From an uncultured Actinomycetes bacterium (GTDB lineage Bacteria > Actinomycetota > Acidimicrobiia > Spongiisociales > DATADW01): a stretch of DNA of 64,000 nucleotides. The stretch spans positions 109,934-173,933 of the forward strand of contig CAWGRK010000009.1 of assembly GCA_963824995.1 (NCBI GenBank), written 5' to 3'. The notes below the pieces were generated by a model. It worked only from the letters and a program-made list of their open reading frames with translations. It searched no databases and was not told the DNA's origin. Position 1 is the first letter of the stretch, and each line of letters begins with the position of its first letter. Shown here in pieces: positions 19,966 through 29,571 of this stretch. Position numbers and translations under genes: made by a program.

Positions 19966-20626
19966 CTAGGGGAGGCTGGCGAGGATCTCCCCTACCTGAG
20001 CGGGATCCAGTACTCCCGATAGCCGGCCCGCCACATTCCCGTCACTGTCGAGGAACACCCAGAAGGGAAATCCGCCCAGTCCAAAAGCGGTGGCGGCGGA
20101 GGTCTCCTCGTCGTCAACCAAGACTGGAGGTGTCCAGCCCTCCTCCTCGAGCCAGGCCGCCGGGGGAAAGTTTGGCTGCTCCGGGTCCTGGGCGGTGGCC
20201 ACCGAGAGGATCTGAGTCCCATCTGGTTGCCCTCCGCCGTCCAGCCACTCTTGCATGGCGGGCACCTCCTCCTGGCAGTGCGGGCACGCGTGCGCCAGAA
20301 AAAGAATCACCGTTGGCTCGCCGCCCGCCTCAAGGGTGACCGGCTGCTCGGCAAAGTCGGTACCGCTGACAACGGGAGCAGCTGTCCCCACCGCTGGATC
20401 GGTCGAGGGATCGGCGTCTCCGGCGAGTCTCGGGAGAGCGTCGCCCTCGACAGAAACCGCGCCGAAGACCGGCGCTTCCGCGGTGTCGCTATCGCCGGAC
20501 GAGCGGTTGACCAGCCACGCCACCAATACGGGCGACGAGAACGAGGGCTACTACCACCCCAACCACCAATGGGGTGCGGCTTGGTTGTGGTGCGGCCGAA
20601 TCGCTGCGGCTATGGGGCGTTGTCAT
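19966..20626 (-). pseudogene. TlpA/ResA-like membrane-anchored thioredoxin-fold protein (CPHC), one frameshift in the anchor
   Basis: Thioredoxin core TVILFLAHACPHCQEEVP. The N-terminus [31 protein letters not shown] (ATG 20626, ATGA-coupled to the dsbB stop) is in another frame. The junction is near 20530-20535. Confidence 0.7.
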
Positions 20627-21174
20627 ACAGGGATCTCCGGAGAGGGGGTGGCCCGATGGTACCGGGCCACCAGCAGTAGCACGATGATGATGGCGAACCC
20701 ACATGCAGCCATGAAGGGGATCCCGACGAACCCGAACTCGGTGACGTAGGCCGCGCTGCACGGCACCTCCAACGAGCAGAAGCCGGCGTCGAGGTTGGGG
20801 AACCACTCGATGAAGGTGTGGTAGATCGAGATCGCCAACCCGGTCGCCGCCAGCGGGACCGCGTACCGCCATATCCCGCCGTCGCGGCGGAAGGCGGCGA
20901 TCCCGAGCACGATCGCCAACGGGTACATGGCGATCCGCTGGTACCAGCACAGCGTGCACGGGATGAAATGCGCCACCTCGGAGTAGTAGAGGCTCCCCAG
21001 CGTCGCCACCACCGCCACCGCCCACGCCAGCCAGAGCGCCACCGGCTGCATGGCGGTCGCCACCCGCGCCAGCGTGGGTCGAGCCACGAAGGCGAGCACC
21101 ACCGCCACCAGCACGGCAGCACCGCAGGCCACGGCGAGGAGGGCGAAGAAGAGCGAGAGGGTATCGGTGGTCAT
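20623..21174 (-). CDS. Disulfide bond formation protein B (DsbB/BdbC family)
   Basis: Four TM helices, CTLCWYQR motif in loop 1, and a second Cys pair (CSLEVPC). Confidence 0.8.
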   Translation of the reverse strand: MTTDTLSLFFALLAVACGAAVLVAVVLAFVARPTLARVATAMQPVALWLAWAVAVVATLGSLYYSEVAHFIPCTLCWYQRIAMYPLAIVLGIAAFRRDGGIWRYAVPLAATGLAISIYHTFIEWFPNLDAGFCSLEVPCSAAYVTEFGFVGIPFMAACGFAIIIVLLLVARYHRATPSPEIPV

Positions 21175-21239
21175 CGGGACCGGATTCCCGCAAACCTACT
21201 GCAGCGAAAGGACCTGCAGCGACCCATCGAGAAGACTCA

Positions 21240-21640
21240 AGTTGTCTTCGAGGCACGGGCCGGTGCACCCGCCCCCGATCCGGCAGAGGCATCATCCGGC
21301 TCTGGCCCGGCGGTTTGGGTCGGGTGGCTGCTCCTCGTGCTCGGGTTTCTCCTGATCCTGGTGGGCTTCCGGCAATGGAGAACGCGACCGGCACCAGGAG
21401 AAACACCCGAAATGCCCAAGTAGATGCAGGCGATCAACGAGTTCACCGCCGTCCGCTCCTTCGGGATCGGTTTCGTGCTGGCGGCGGTAAACCCGAAGAA
21501 CCTGATGCTCACGGTGGCCGCTGCCGCCACATTGCCGGCGGGTCTCTCGACCGGCGCCAGCTTCGGTTTCCTGCTGCTCTGCAGCCGGGCCCGCCGGCGG
21601 TGGGTTCTCGCCGCTGGGCCCGACCCGAGCACTTCGTCCG
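21240..21640 (+). pseudogene. GAP-family (Sap/DUF2910-like) membrane protein remnant with in-frame TAG
   Basis: WVGWLLLVLGFLLILVGFRQWRTRP..PEMPK-TAG-MQAINEFTAVRSFGIGFVLAAVNPKNLMLTVAAAA. Family members normally have Trp (PKWM) where TAG 21421-23 sits. The N-terminal third is absent, and the 3' end runs into the convergent SHOCT gene. Confidence 0.5.
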
Positions 21641-21642
21641 CG

Positions 21643-22011
21643 TCAGCCTCCGAGGATCCGCGCCTTCTCGGCGGCGAACTCCTCGTCGCTGAGGATGCCT
21701 TGCTCCTTCAACTTGGCCAGCTGCTGCAGTTCGGCGATGCGAGCGTCGCCTGCGGGTGCCGCGGCTGGAGCCGCTTGAGGAGCCGCGGCTTGCTGGGCGG
21801 CAACCGCATCCGCCGCTGCCTGCTCCATCGCCGCCTGTTGCTGTTGCTGCTCCCAGGCGGCCGCGTCGGCTTGCTGCTCGTATTTCGCCTGCTGATGCTG
21901 GCTCACACCGCCGACAACCGCAGTAGCCGTGCCGGCGACCACTGCGGTCCGAGCCATCGTGCCGACGAGGCCGGGCCGGCCGACTCGGCCAACTCCACGT
22001 CGCATTCTCAT
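21643..22011 (-). CDS. SHOCT-domain protein
   Basis: GAGGAGGA lies 4 nt before ATG 22011. The middle is Gln/Ala-rich. The C-terminal IAELQQLAKLKEQGILSDEEFAAEKARIL is a SHOCT motif. Confidence 0.75.
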   Translation of the reverse strand: MRMRRGVGRVGRPGLVGTMARTAVVAGTATAVVGGVSQHQQAKYEQQADAAAWEQQQQQAAMEQAAADAVAAQQAAAPQAAPAAAPAGDARIAELQQLAKLKEQGILSDEEFAAEKARILGG

Positions 22012-22021
22012 CTGATCCTCC

Positions 22022-22453
22022 TCATTCGCTCTGCGCTGCAGCCAACGCCTGCTTGACGGTCTCAGCATCCAGCCGGTCGTGGGCGACCAAGTGCCCGCCT
22101 GCTTCCATGATGGCATTCACCAGCGTCCGCGCCCATGTGTTCTCCCACACGATGAGAGCAGCGGAGCTACCCGGGTCGAGTAACTCGCTCGCGGCCTGAA
22201 GATCCTCTTCGCTGAGCAGTCCGTTGACTTCCCCCTCGACATCGTCGAAGGCTGCGGGGTCCTCCATCTCGTTCAGTTCGATCCCGGCCACATTCCCATC
22301 CGCGTCCTTGGTCACAAACACCAGGTCGAGGATCGAGACGACCCCTCTCTCGACGAGATCCGCCAGCGCCGGGGCGACGGCTCCGGTAAAGCGGGTCTCC
22401 GGAAAGCCGATCACCGCCAACTCGACGGGGCCGACGATCATTTCATCTTCCAC
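22022..22453 (-). CDS. DUF6325-family protein
   Basis: GPVELAVIGFPETRFTGAVAPALADLVERGVVSILDLVFVTKDADGNV...LLSEEDL..LDPGSSAALIVWENTWA matches my recollection of that family. It is typically paired with a SHOCT gene. Confidence 0.65.
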   Translation of the reverse strand: MEDEMIVGPVELAVIGFPETRFTGAVAPALADLVERGVVSILDLVFVTKDADGNVAGIELNEMEDPAAFDDVEGEVNGLLSEEDLQAASELLDPGSSAALIVWENTWARTLVNAIMEAGGHLVAHDRLDAETVKQALAAAQSE

Positions 22454-22832
22454 TGGTTCCTCCTCGACTTGCCATCGGCACGGAACCTACTCGGCCGCGG
22501 TGGCGACGCACCAGACGAGATGACGGATCGATCGAACACCTGTCGTAGGTCGCTCGTCGAGGCGGACGAGCCTTGGTGACCGCCCGCCACGTCGACGAAG
22601 GGGACATTGTGAGCATCGAGTGGTGGCGTGTCTTCTCCGACGACTGATCGCTCGGCGCCGCTCTTCCCATCACGCCACGGCTATCGCTCCGAGGGTAGTG
22701 ACGAGATCCCTCTCTACGCCACCGTGGCCGAGGCAGTCGCCGCCTTCCGCAATTCATCCTGATCCGCCGATTTCGGCGTATTGGTCCCCGACTCCGCTAT
22801 GTTTCATGTCACGGGAGATCGAGGAGGGCGGG

Positions 22833-24135
22833 ATGAAGACTGTTCGAGGACTAGTGCTGGGCGCGCTCATTGGTGCCTTGGTGATGACTCTGGTACCGGC
22901 GGCTGCTGCGCCCCGGTCCAACGACCCGTCGGGCGACGGCGTCCAGCCGACGATTATTCCCCACTTCGGAGGCGATGACTGCACCGACCCCAGGGTCGGC
23001 ACCGAGGCCACCCACTCGCTTCTCATCCCCAGTCCGACGACCCGCAACTACACCGACCCGGACACCGGTGTGGTGGTCAGCCTGCAGGTCAACTCGTCGC
23101 AGCGCACCGTCAACTTCACCATCACCACGCCGGGGTGGGTGGCATTCGACGTGGTGGTCAAGGGCGGAACGAATTCGAACCACTACGACTATCTCGCTTC
23201 GGCGGTCGGGCCGCAGACCTCTGACACGGTGCTGCACGCCCCACCGAAGGGGAACAGGTACGACAATCTCAGCCACGTCACCATCTGTTACGACGCACCG
23301 CCACCGCTGTCGATCTCGGGCACCAAGTTCCACGACCGTGACACCGACGGTGAACTCGACAACGACAACGGTGAAGTCGAGGAGGGACTGGCCAACTGGA
23401 CCATCAAGGCGTTCCAGGGCGGAAACGTGGTGGCGTCGGCGGTCACCGACACCGATGGCACGTACACACTGGACTTGGCACAGGGCACTTACGTGGTTTG
23501 CGAGGTCCTCAAGACGGAAGCAGCACCATTTGAGTGGCAGCAATCGACCCCATCTGGAAACGACGCCTGCACCGCTCTGGGATCGGGACCTCGCCCCGGC
23601 AGGCCATAACGTAACCCTCTCCAATGCCCCCGCCACGGTCAACTTCGGCAACCACCTCGCCGCCGTGCTCGGGTGCGGTCCGAACGACGCCCGGTCGGCA
23701 ACCATCGACGAGGAGGGCAAGCCGTCGGCAACGGTGACATTGCCGCGAGGTGTGCTCCTCGCCGGCACAGGCATATCCGTTCGACGTCGGAGTCAGCCCC
23801 GACGAGGAGTTCAAGCAGTTCGTCGTCTTCGGCGGGGCCCCCGACGGGACGGTGGTGTTCACCGAGGAGATCGACTGGATCCCTTATGGGTTGAACTACT
23901 TGCCGGACGGGAACCTAGAAATCCCGCCGACCCTGGTCGTCCTCCAACCAGGTGGCGAGCCGGTGGTGGGCGTCAGCTGCGAAGCTGGGCAGCCCAGACG
24001 CCGCTGTGCCCGACTGCCGTCGGTCGCGGACGGCAGTTGTGACGGAGCCCAGCCCCGATCCCGGACTTCGACGTCCAGGTCGACGAAAGCGAGGTCTGGC
24101 AGTTCCTGGGTGACCCCACCCGGGGCAAGCGGTAA
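22833..24135 (+). pseudogene. Secreted protein with SdrD-B/Cna-B-like domain, frame changes at least 3 times
   Basis: GAGGAGGG RBS. Signal peptide MKTVRGLVLGALIGALVMTLVPAAAAP. Domain GTKFHDRDTDGELDNDNGEVEEGLANWTIKAF..DTDGTYTLDL. Coding-looking sequence continues in other frames: LAPAGHNVTLSNAPATVNFGNH, then AYPFDVGVSPDEEFKQFVVFGGAPDGTVVF, then PDFDVQVDESEVWQFLGDPTRGKR*. Shifts are near 23585-23587, about 23772 and about 24045. Confidence 0.6.
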
Positions 24136-24150
24136 GCAAAAGCACCGATC

Positions 24151-24176
24151 TTCCCCCTCCCTGACGGGAGGGGGAA
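24151..24176. terminator. Perfect 11-bp hairpin TTCCCCCTCCC-tgac-GGGAGGGGGAA between convergent genes
   Basis: Lies between the inferred stop 24133-24135 (+) and the cyclase stop at 24189 (-). Confidence 0.55.
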
Positions 24177-24188
24177 CGACGGGGGCGA

Positions 24189-27100
24189 TTAGGCGAATTC
24201 GACGCCGAGACCTTCGAGTGTCCGCCTGGCCTCATCGATGGCGGTGCCGTCCATCGGCTGCCCGAGACGGCGCTCCAGGTCGGCGAGGGCAAGGGTGAGC
24301 ATCGCCTTTTCGTAAGGGTCCTGGCGGCGATCGGCTACCTCGAGTCCCCTGAGAAGCTCCAACTGAGCCTCGTCGTCACGTCCCATCGCAGAAAGCGCCC
24401 GGGCCCGCACCCGGTGGAGCCTCGCCCCATAGGCTTCCGCAGCCGCCGAGCGTGTGCCGGTGCCTCCGAGTTTGTCGATGGCTTCCTCGAGCTGGCCAGC
24501 AGACACTAGGGATGACGCCAACTCGACCGTTGCGTCGATTGCGGTGATCGACTGACCCATCTCCTTGATGTGATCGAGCGCCCGCCCGATCATCGTCATC
24601 GCCTCGGTGAGCTGACCACGACTTGCCAGCACGCGGCCCATCTGGACCTCGGCGAAGGCGACCGAGTCGAGACCCGCCGCAGCCAGCGTCGGTACCGCCT
24701 CGACGAGCAATGCCTCCGCCGCCGTCATCTTCCCCTGGTTGATGAGGACCTCGGCGATGTTCGCCGACCATATGGCCGCCTGGACTTCGTTGCCCGCCTT
24801 CAGATGGAGGTCCCGGCTCTCCTCGTAGAGACCGATGGCGTCGTTCCAATGCCCTTCGAAATATGCCGCGATGCCTAGGTTTCCGGTCAACGTCGCCTGG
24901 CCGGAGAGATCGCCCAACTCCTCGTACAACCGGCGGGCCATGGGGGCGTAAACCGCCTTGTCGGTCTCACCGAGCCACCGGTACGAGGTGTCGAGCACCG
25001 CAAAGGCGACGGCGAGCGCCTGCTTCTCGTCCGCCGCCTCAGCCTCGACAATGGCGCGCTGGGCCATCTCGATGGCCATCCTGTCCTGTTCCTGGGCAAA
25101 CCTCACTTGGGCGCCGTGCGCCAGGAGTTGTGCCCGCACCCGGGAGGCCCCGACCGAGTCGACTCCCTCGAGCAGCCGCTGACCCGCGGAAACATCGCGC
25201 AGCGCCTGGCTGAACGAACCCAGCCGCATCCGGACCACAGCCCGCTTCAGCTTGAGATCGGCCAGCGCCACCGGGTCGTCGGTGAGTTGGGACGCCCGCC
25301 GGTACGCCTCTACCGCCTCGATGAAGAGCCCCGCCCGCTCCTTGACGTCCCCGAGCGAGCGGAGCACCTCGGCCCTCGCAGTATGTCCGATCATCGGCAC
25401 AAAACGTGCCGCCTCTGCGGCTCGCTCGTAGAAACGCGCCGCTTCGAGGTTGGCGTATATCTCCTTGGCACCGTCGCCGGCAAGCAGCGAGAAGCGCCAG
25501 GCATCGTTCCATCGTCTCGCCGCGAAGTAGTGGAGCGAGAGCAAGGCGGCATGGGCCTCGGGCTCCCCTTCCGAGGTGGCACATATCGAGTCGCCCACAC
25601 TGGCGTGGAGCTCGAGCCGCGTCTTGAACGGAAGCTCTTCATATGCGACGTCGCGGATCAGCGCATGCTGGAACACGACCCATCCGTTGGCACTCAGGCT
25701 GAGGAAGGCACCCAACCGCCGGAACGCCCTGAGCCGCGCTTCCTTCGGGATCGCAGGCAGGACCCAGCCGGTGTGATCGGCATCGAACTCGTTCCCGAGG
25801 ACGGCGACCCGCCGCAGCAGGTTGCGGTCCGTTGAGGGAAGCCGGTCGATGCGGGCCGAGATGAGGCCCTCGACCGAGCGCGGCAACGTCTCGACGTTCC
25901 CTCCCTGCCGTAACGCGTTGAGCAGCTCGATCAGGAACAGGGGGTTGCCCTCGGCCCGCTCTGCCAAGCTCGCCATCTGGCGTGGCAGCAGGGGCCGGTC
26001 TGCAGTGGCAGCGGCGATCAGTGTCTCCGCCTGCTGCCGCGAGAGCGGCTGCAGTTCGACCACCGTTGTCACAACCGAGTCCGTGGCTAGAGAACCCTGT
26101 TGACCTGGCCTGCGAGTGAGGACGAACATCCATGGCCGCTCGCCAAGTTCGGCCAACAACGCTCCAAGGACCTCCTGGGACGCCACGTCCATCCAGTGGG
26201 CGTCTTCGATGACGAAGAGGGTCGGAGCTCTGACCAGAGCGACCATGAGCGACACAACGGCAATTGCGGTGCGGACCGGTAGGAACTGATCGTCGAGTTG
26301 GGCCACCGCTGAGGATTCCTCGATGTCGAGGTCAAGCACAACCCCGAGGAGCGACAGCCATTGCGTCAACTCTGGGGCGACGCGCTGTACGACATCGCGC
26401 AGCACCGCCTCCGTTTCTGCCGGACCCATGCCGGTGGTGCCAACAAGGTCCGCAAGCAGAGTCCTCACCGGGAAATAGGGCGTCCCTGCCTGGTAGAGGC
26501 GGCATTCTGCGGTCACGACACGGGCATCGCCGATACGGACGAGGAACTCCTGGAGAAGCCGGCTCTTCCCCATCCCCGGCTCGGCAACGAGGTCGACCAG
26601 CCTCCCCTCGGAGGCCTCGGCCGATCGCCAGGAATCCTCCAACGCTGCCAGCTCCTCATCGCGCCCGATGAGCGGGATCCCGGCATCGGCGGCCTCGCGA
26701 GTGCCGCAGGGGGCACCCACCTCATGAGCGGTGACCGGGTGCTGCTTTCCCTTGACGTGGAATGGCTCGCGCCGCTCGGTCAAGAACAGGGTGCGGGAGA
26801 GACCAAGGACGTCCCGTGTCGCCAGGACCTCTCCCGGCCCCGCCTGCGCCATCAATCTGGCGGCGAGATTGACCGTGTCACCCATGACCGTGTAGGTCCG
26901 GCGGTAACCCGGGCCAATCTCGCCGGCGAACACCGGCCCCCAGTTGACCCCGATATGTACCGGCAGGTCGAGCGGCGCCTGGGCGATTTCATTGGCGGCG
27001 AGCAGCATCTCCTCGGCATCGAATCCAGTGGTCTGAGGGACGCCCGAAGTGAGGATGATCTTGCCGCCGTCGCCGGACGCATCCGATGCGAGAAACGTGA

Positions 27101-27950
27101 CAGAGTGCCGGTCGACTGCGGTCTGGACCGTCCTCACCAGTCGGTCTAGTGCCAGCGCCGCCGCCTCGGGCCCATCGCCGAGGACCACCCGGTCGAAATC
27201 TGTGAAAGAGATGAAAGTGACCACGGCTGGGCGGTGCTCGGGTTCGACCTGCCCGGCGAGCAATGGTTCGCGAAGGGCCAAGGGGACGAATTGCGTCAAC
27301 CTCGGGTTGGGCTGCGCCACCTCGATGTCCACCCTGGGGACAGGAACGTGCCCGGCGAGTAGGAAGCCGGTTTCGACGTTCCTGCCGATGGCTCTCTTGG
27401 GAAGTTCGGCCGCAGTGGCCGGTGTGATGACGATCTGCCCTGCGTTGGCGACCTTCTCCGCCATGATCGTCGCCGTCGCCGCCGGCCCGGCAATCAACAG
27501 TTCACGATGGGAATCACCCACCATGAAGAAGTCGAATGTCCCGGTATGGACCCCCACCGACATCCGCAGCCGTACCTGGCCCGCCGTGGTCCTGAACACA
27601 CCGATATCTGCGCAGAGCGTGACGCATCTCGTGGGCGGCGGCGCATGCCCGTTGTGGGTGTCCCTCCCCCGGAAGAAGAGGAGCAGGGCGTCTCCACCAA
27701 ACTTGACCAGGGTCGCACCGAAGGCATATGCCTCGGCCAGCAGCCGCTCGAAGGTGCTGCCGATGACCTCGGTGACTTCCTCGGCGCCCACCTTCCCGTG
27801 CCGAGCAAGCCTCTCCGACATCGAGGTGAACCCTGAGACGTCCACCATGACCATCGACCCATCGATGGCCCGATGAAGGGCGCCGGGAGCGACTTCGTCC
27901 CACTCCCGGACGATCCGCGACAGATAGGGGTGCAACGAGGCGGTTGACAC
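24189..27950 (-). CDS. Tandem class III adenylate/guanylate cyclase domains + AAA/STAND ATPase + TPR protein
   Basis: CHD1 has VMVDVSGFT and KFGGDALLLFF. CHD2 has YTVMGDTVNLAARL. P-loop LVAEPGMGKSRLL. The C-terminal roughly 450 aa are TPR-like. The 1253-aa ORF is intact. Confidence 0.85.
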   Translation of the reverse strand: MSTASLHPYLSRIVREWDEVAPGALHRAIDGSMVMVDVSGFTSMSERLARHGKVGAEEVTEVIGSTFERLLAEAYAFGATLVKFGGDALLLFFRGRDTHNGHAPPPTRCVTLCADIGVFRTTAGQVRLRMSVGVHTGTFDFFMVGDSHRELLIAGPAATATIMAEKVANAGQIVITPATAAELPKRAIGRNVETGFLLAGHVPVPRVDIEVAQPNPRLTQFVPLALREPLLAGQVEPEHRPAVVTFISFTDFDRVVLGDGPEAAALALDRLVRTVQTAVDRHSVTFLASDASGDGGKIILTSGVPQTTGFDAEEMLLAANEIAQAPLDLPVHIGVNWGPVFAGEIGPGYRRTYTVMGDTVNLAARLMAQAGPGEVLATRDVLGLSRTLFLTERREPFHVKGKQHPVTAHEVGAPCGTREAADAGIPLIGRDEELAALEDSWRSAEASEGRLVDLVAEPGMGKSRLLQEFLVRIGDARVVTAECRLYQAGTPYFPVRTLLADLVGTTGMGPAETEAVLRDVVQRVAPELTQWLSLLGVVLDLDIEESSAVAQLDDQFLPVRTAIAVVSLMVALVRAPTLFVIEDAHWMDVASQEVLGALLAELGERPWMFVLTRRPGQQGSLATDSVVTTVVELQPLSRQQAETLIAAATADRPLLPRQMASLAERAEGNPLFLIELLNALRQGGNVETLPRSVEGLISARIDRLPSTDRNLLRRVAVLGNEFDADHTGWVLPAIPKEARLRAFRRLGAFLSLSANGWVVFQHALIRDVAYEELPFKTRLELHASVGDSICATSEGEPEAHAALLSLHYFAARRWNDAWRFSLLAGDGAKEIYANLEAARFYERAAEAARFVPMIGHTARAEVLRSLGDVKERAGLFIEAVEAYRRASQLTDDPVALADLKLKRAVVRMRLGSFSQALRDVSAGQRLLEGVDSVGASRVRAQLLAHGAQVRFAQEQDRMAIEMAQRAIVEAEAADEKQALAVAFAVLDTSYRWLGETDKAVYAPMARRLYEELGDLSGQATLTGNLGIAAYFEGHWNDAIGLYEESRDLHLKAGNEVQAAIWSANIAEVLINQGKMTAAEALLVEAVPTLAAAGLDSVAFAEVQMGRVLASRGQLTEAMTMIGRALDHIKEMGQSITAIDATVELASSLVSAGQLEEAIDKLGGTGTRSAAAEAYGARLHRVRARALSAMGRDDEAQLELLRGLEVADRRQDPYEKAMLTLALADLERRLGQPMDGTAIDEARRTLEGLGVEFA

Positions 27951-28032
27951 ACCCCGAGCCTAGAGAGGAACCGTCGGCGGTCTCGTCCACTTCTGCCTGG
28001 CACCCAACGGAAGGACCCTGATGCCGTCTACT

Positions 28033-28173
28033 CCGTCCGCCCGAAACGGACGGGCCATTGGGGGGAGTCCCCGAAGCCCAACGGTGCTCGACACGCGGCT
28101 GTTCGCACCTTTGGGAGTGAACAGCCCCCTCCCCCAACGCCTACGGCGTTGGGTACTCCCCCCGCCGGGGGAG
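28033..28173 (+). promoter_or_regulatory. Cluster of perfect hairpins in a 270-bp divergent intergenic region
   Basis: CCGTCCG-cccgaaa-CGGACGG (28033-28053). CCCAACGCC-tac-GGCGTTGGG (28133-28153). CTCCCCC-cgcc-GGGGGAG (28156-28173). An inverted pair of the GCACCGTTGGG..CTCCCCCC motif is also present. Confidence 0.35.
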
Positions 28174-28220
28174 CGAACAAGCTCTTTCCGTCCCCGTTAG
28201 CCACCGATAGCCTCCCCGTA

Positions 28221-29333
28221 ATGCCCGTCAAGGTGACGTGGCCGCAAGCGCTCGCCTGGCGATTGAAGCGGCAGTTGCTCGATCCGATCGGCAGTCAGCC
28301 GGTCTGGGGTGTGGTCCGGCGTCTCGGCGGTGTCCAAGCACAGGTGGCTTCGTCCGCCGAGCTTGCGGTTCGGGTCCGCCGCACCAGGTCACGCAAGGGC
28401 GAAATCTCCGCCGCGCTCTCCAGCGGCCGGCTGATCAAGACCTGGGCGATGCGAGGCACGCTCCACCTGCTCACCCCCGAAGATGGCGGCGCGTTCCTCT
28501 CGCTGATGGCAGCAGGCAGGTCGTGGGAGCGTCCCAGTTGGCAGAAGTACTTTGGAGTCAGCCCTTCTGACGTGGAGCGTCTGCGCTCCGTGGTCCATCA
28601 GGCCCTCGACGGCCAAGTCCTCACCCGTGAGGAGCTGATCGCCGCGGTCACCAGCAGGCGAGGTCTTGGCCACGTCGGAGAAGCGCTCGCTTCCGGCTGG
28701 GGGACATTGCTCAAGCCGCTGGCCTGGCAAGGGGATCTCTGCTTTGGACCGCAACGGGGCAATCGGGTGACCTTCACCCTCCCCGGGTCTGCCAGCGACC
28801 GCTGGACCGGTCTGTTCGACCCCGACGAGGCAGGCCCGTTGGTCATCGCCACATACCTGGGCGCATACGGCCCGGCGACCAAGGACGCATTCGGGACCTG
28901 GCTGGCACGCGGCTGGTTCGGCATGCGCATGCTTCGTGGATGGTTCGACGGGCTCGGCGAGCGGTTGACCGAGGTCGATATCGAGGGCGAACGCGCTTAC
29001 GTGCTGGCCGAGCACATGGATGATCTCGCCTCCACCCGCCCGACTTCCGCCGTGCGCCTCCTACCTGGGTTCGATCAATACGTACTCGGTCCCGGTACGA
29101 AAGATCCTCATGTCATCCCCACTGGGCGCCGCTCCGACGTCAGCAGGAAGAGCGGATGGATCGCTCCGGTCGTCGTGTCGAAAGGGGTGGTCTGCGGGAC
29201 CTGGGACATCGATGGCGACCGTGTCAGCGTCTCCTGGTTCGACGAGACCGGGAGGATTCCGCGCCGCGCCTTGGGCGCTGAAGTGGAACGGCTGGCCTCG
29301 ATCCTCGACCGCGACCTCAATTGCCACGCATGA
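28221..29333 (+). CDS. Winged-helix DNA-binding protein, YcaQ/AlkZ-like (DUF1006)
   Basis: ALAWRLKRQLL..RLGGVQAQ...LIKTWAMRGTLHLL follows the family pattern. ATG 28221. Confidence 0.7.
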   Translation: MPVKVTWPQALAWRLKRQLLDPIGSQPVWGVVRRLGGVQAQVASSAELAVRVRRTRSRKGEISAALSSGRLIKTWAMRGTLHLLTPEDGGAFLSLMAAGRSWERPSWQKYFGVSPSDVERLRSVVHQALDGQVLTREELIAAVTSRRGLGHVGEALASGWGTLLKPLAWQGDLCFGPQRGNRVTFTLPGSASDRWTGLFDPDEAGPLVIATYLGAYGPATKDAFGTWLARGWFGMRMLRGWFDGLGERLTEVDIEGERAYVLAEHMDDLASTRPTSAVRLLPGFDQYVLGPGTKDPHVIPTGRRSDVSRKSGWIAPVVVSKGVVCGTWDIDGDRVSVSWFDETGRIPRRALGAEVERLASILDRDLNCHA

Positions 29334-29571
29334 CGAATCGAGAGTCGCCACCGAGCCTGATTAGCATCGCCCCGATGCGACCAGAGCGGCGGTGTCCCCA
29401 CTTCCGGGTGATCGACCCGGACGCCTGGCTCGGTTGCCGGCGCTCCTGAGACCCACCACCCGGAAGCCCGGTTCGCCCAGCGTCTCAGCCTGCCCCTGAT
29501 CTCCGAGGAGCGTCCTGATGATCCCGTCGCATCACCGTCCGGTTCGACCATGACCGCCCGCACCGCTGATT

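Noticed and set aside
21421-21423. In-frame TAG as programmed read-through or pyrrolysine.
   Set aside because: There are no pyl genes or context, the gene is additionally truncated at both ends, and a simple TGG-to-TAG substitution in a decaying gene is the more economical explanation.
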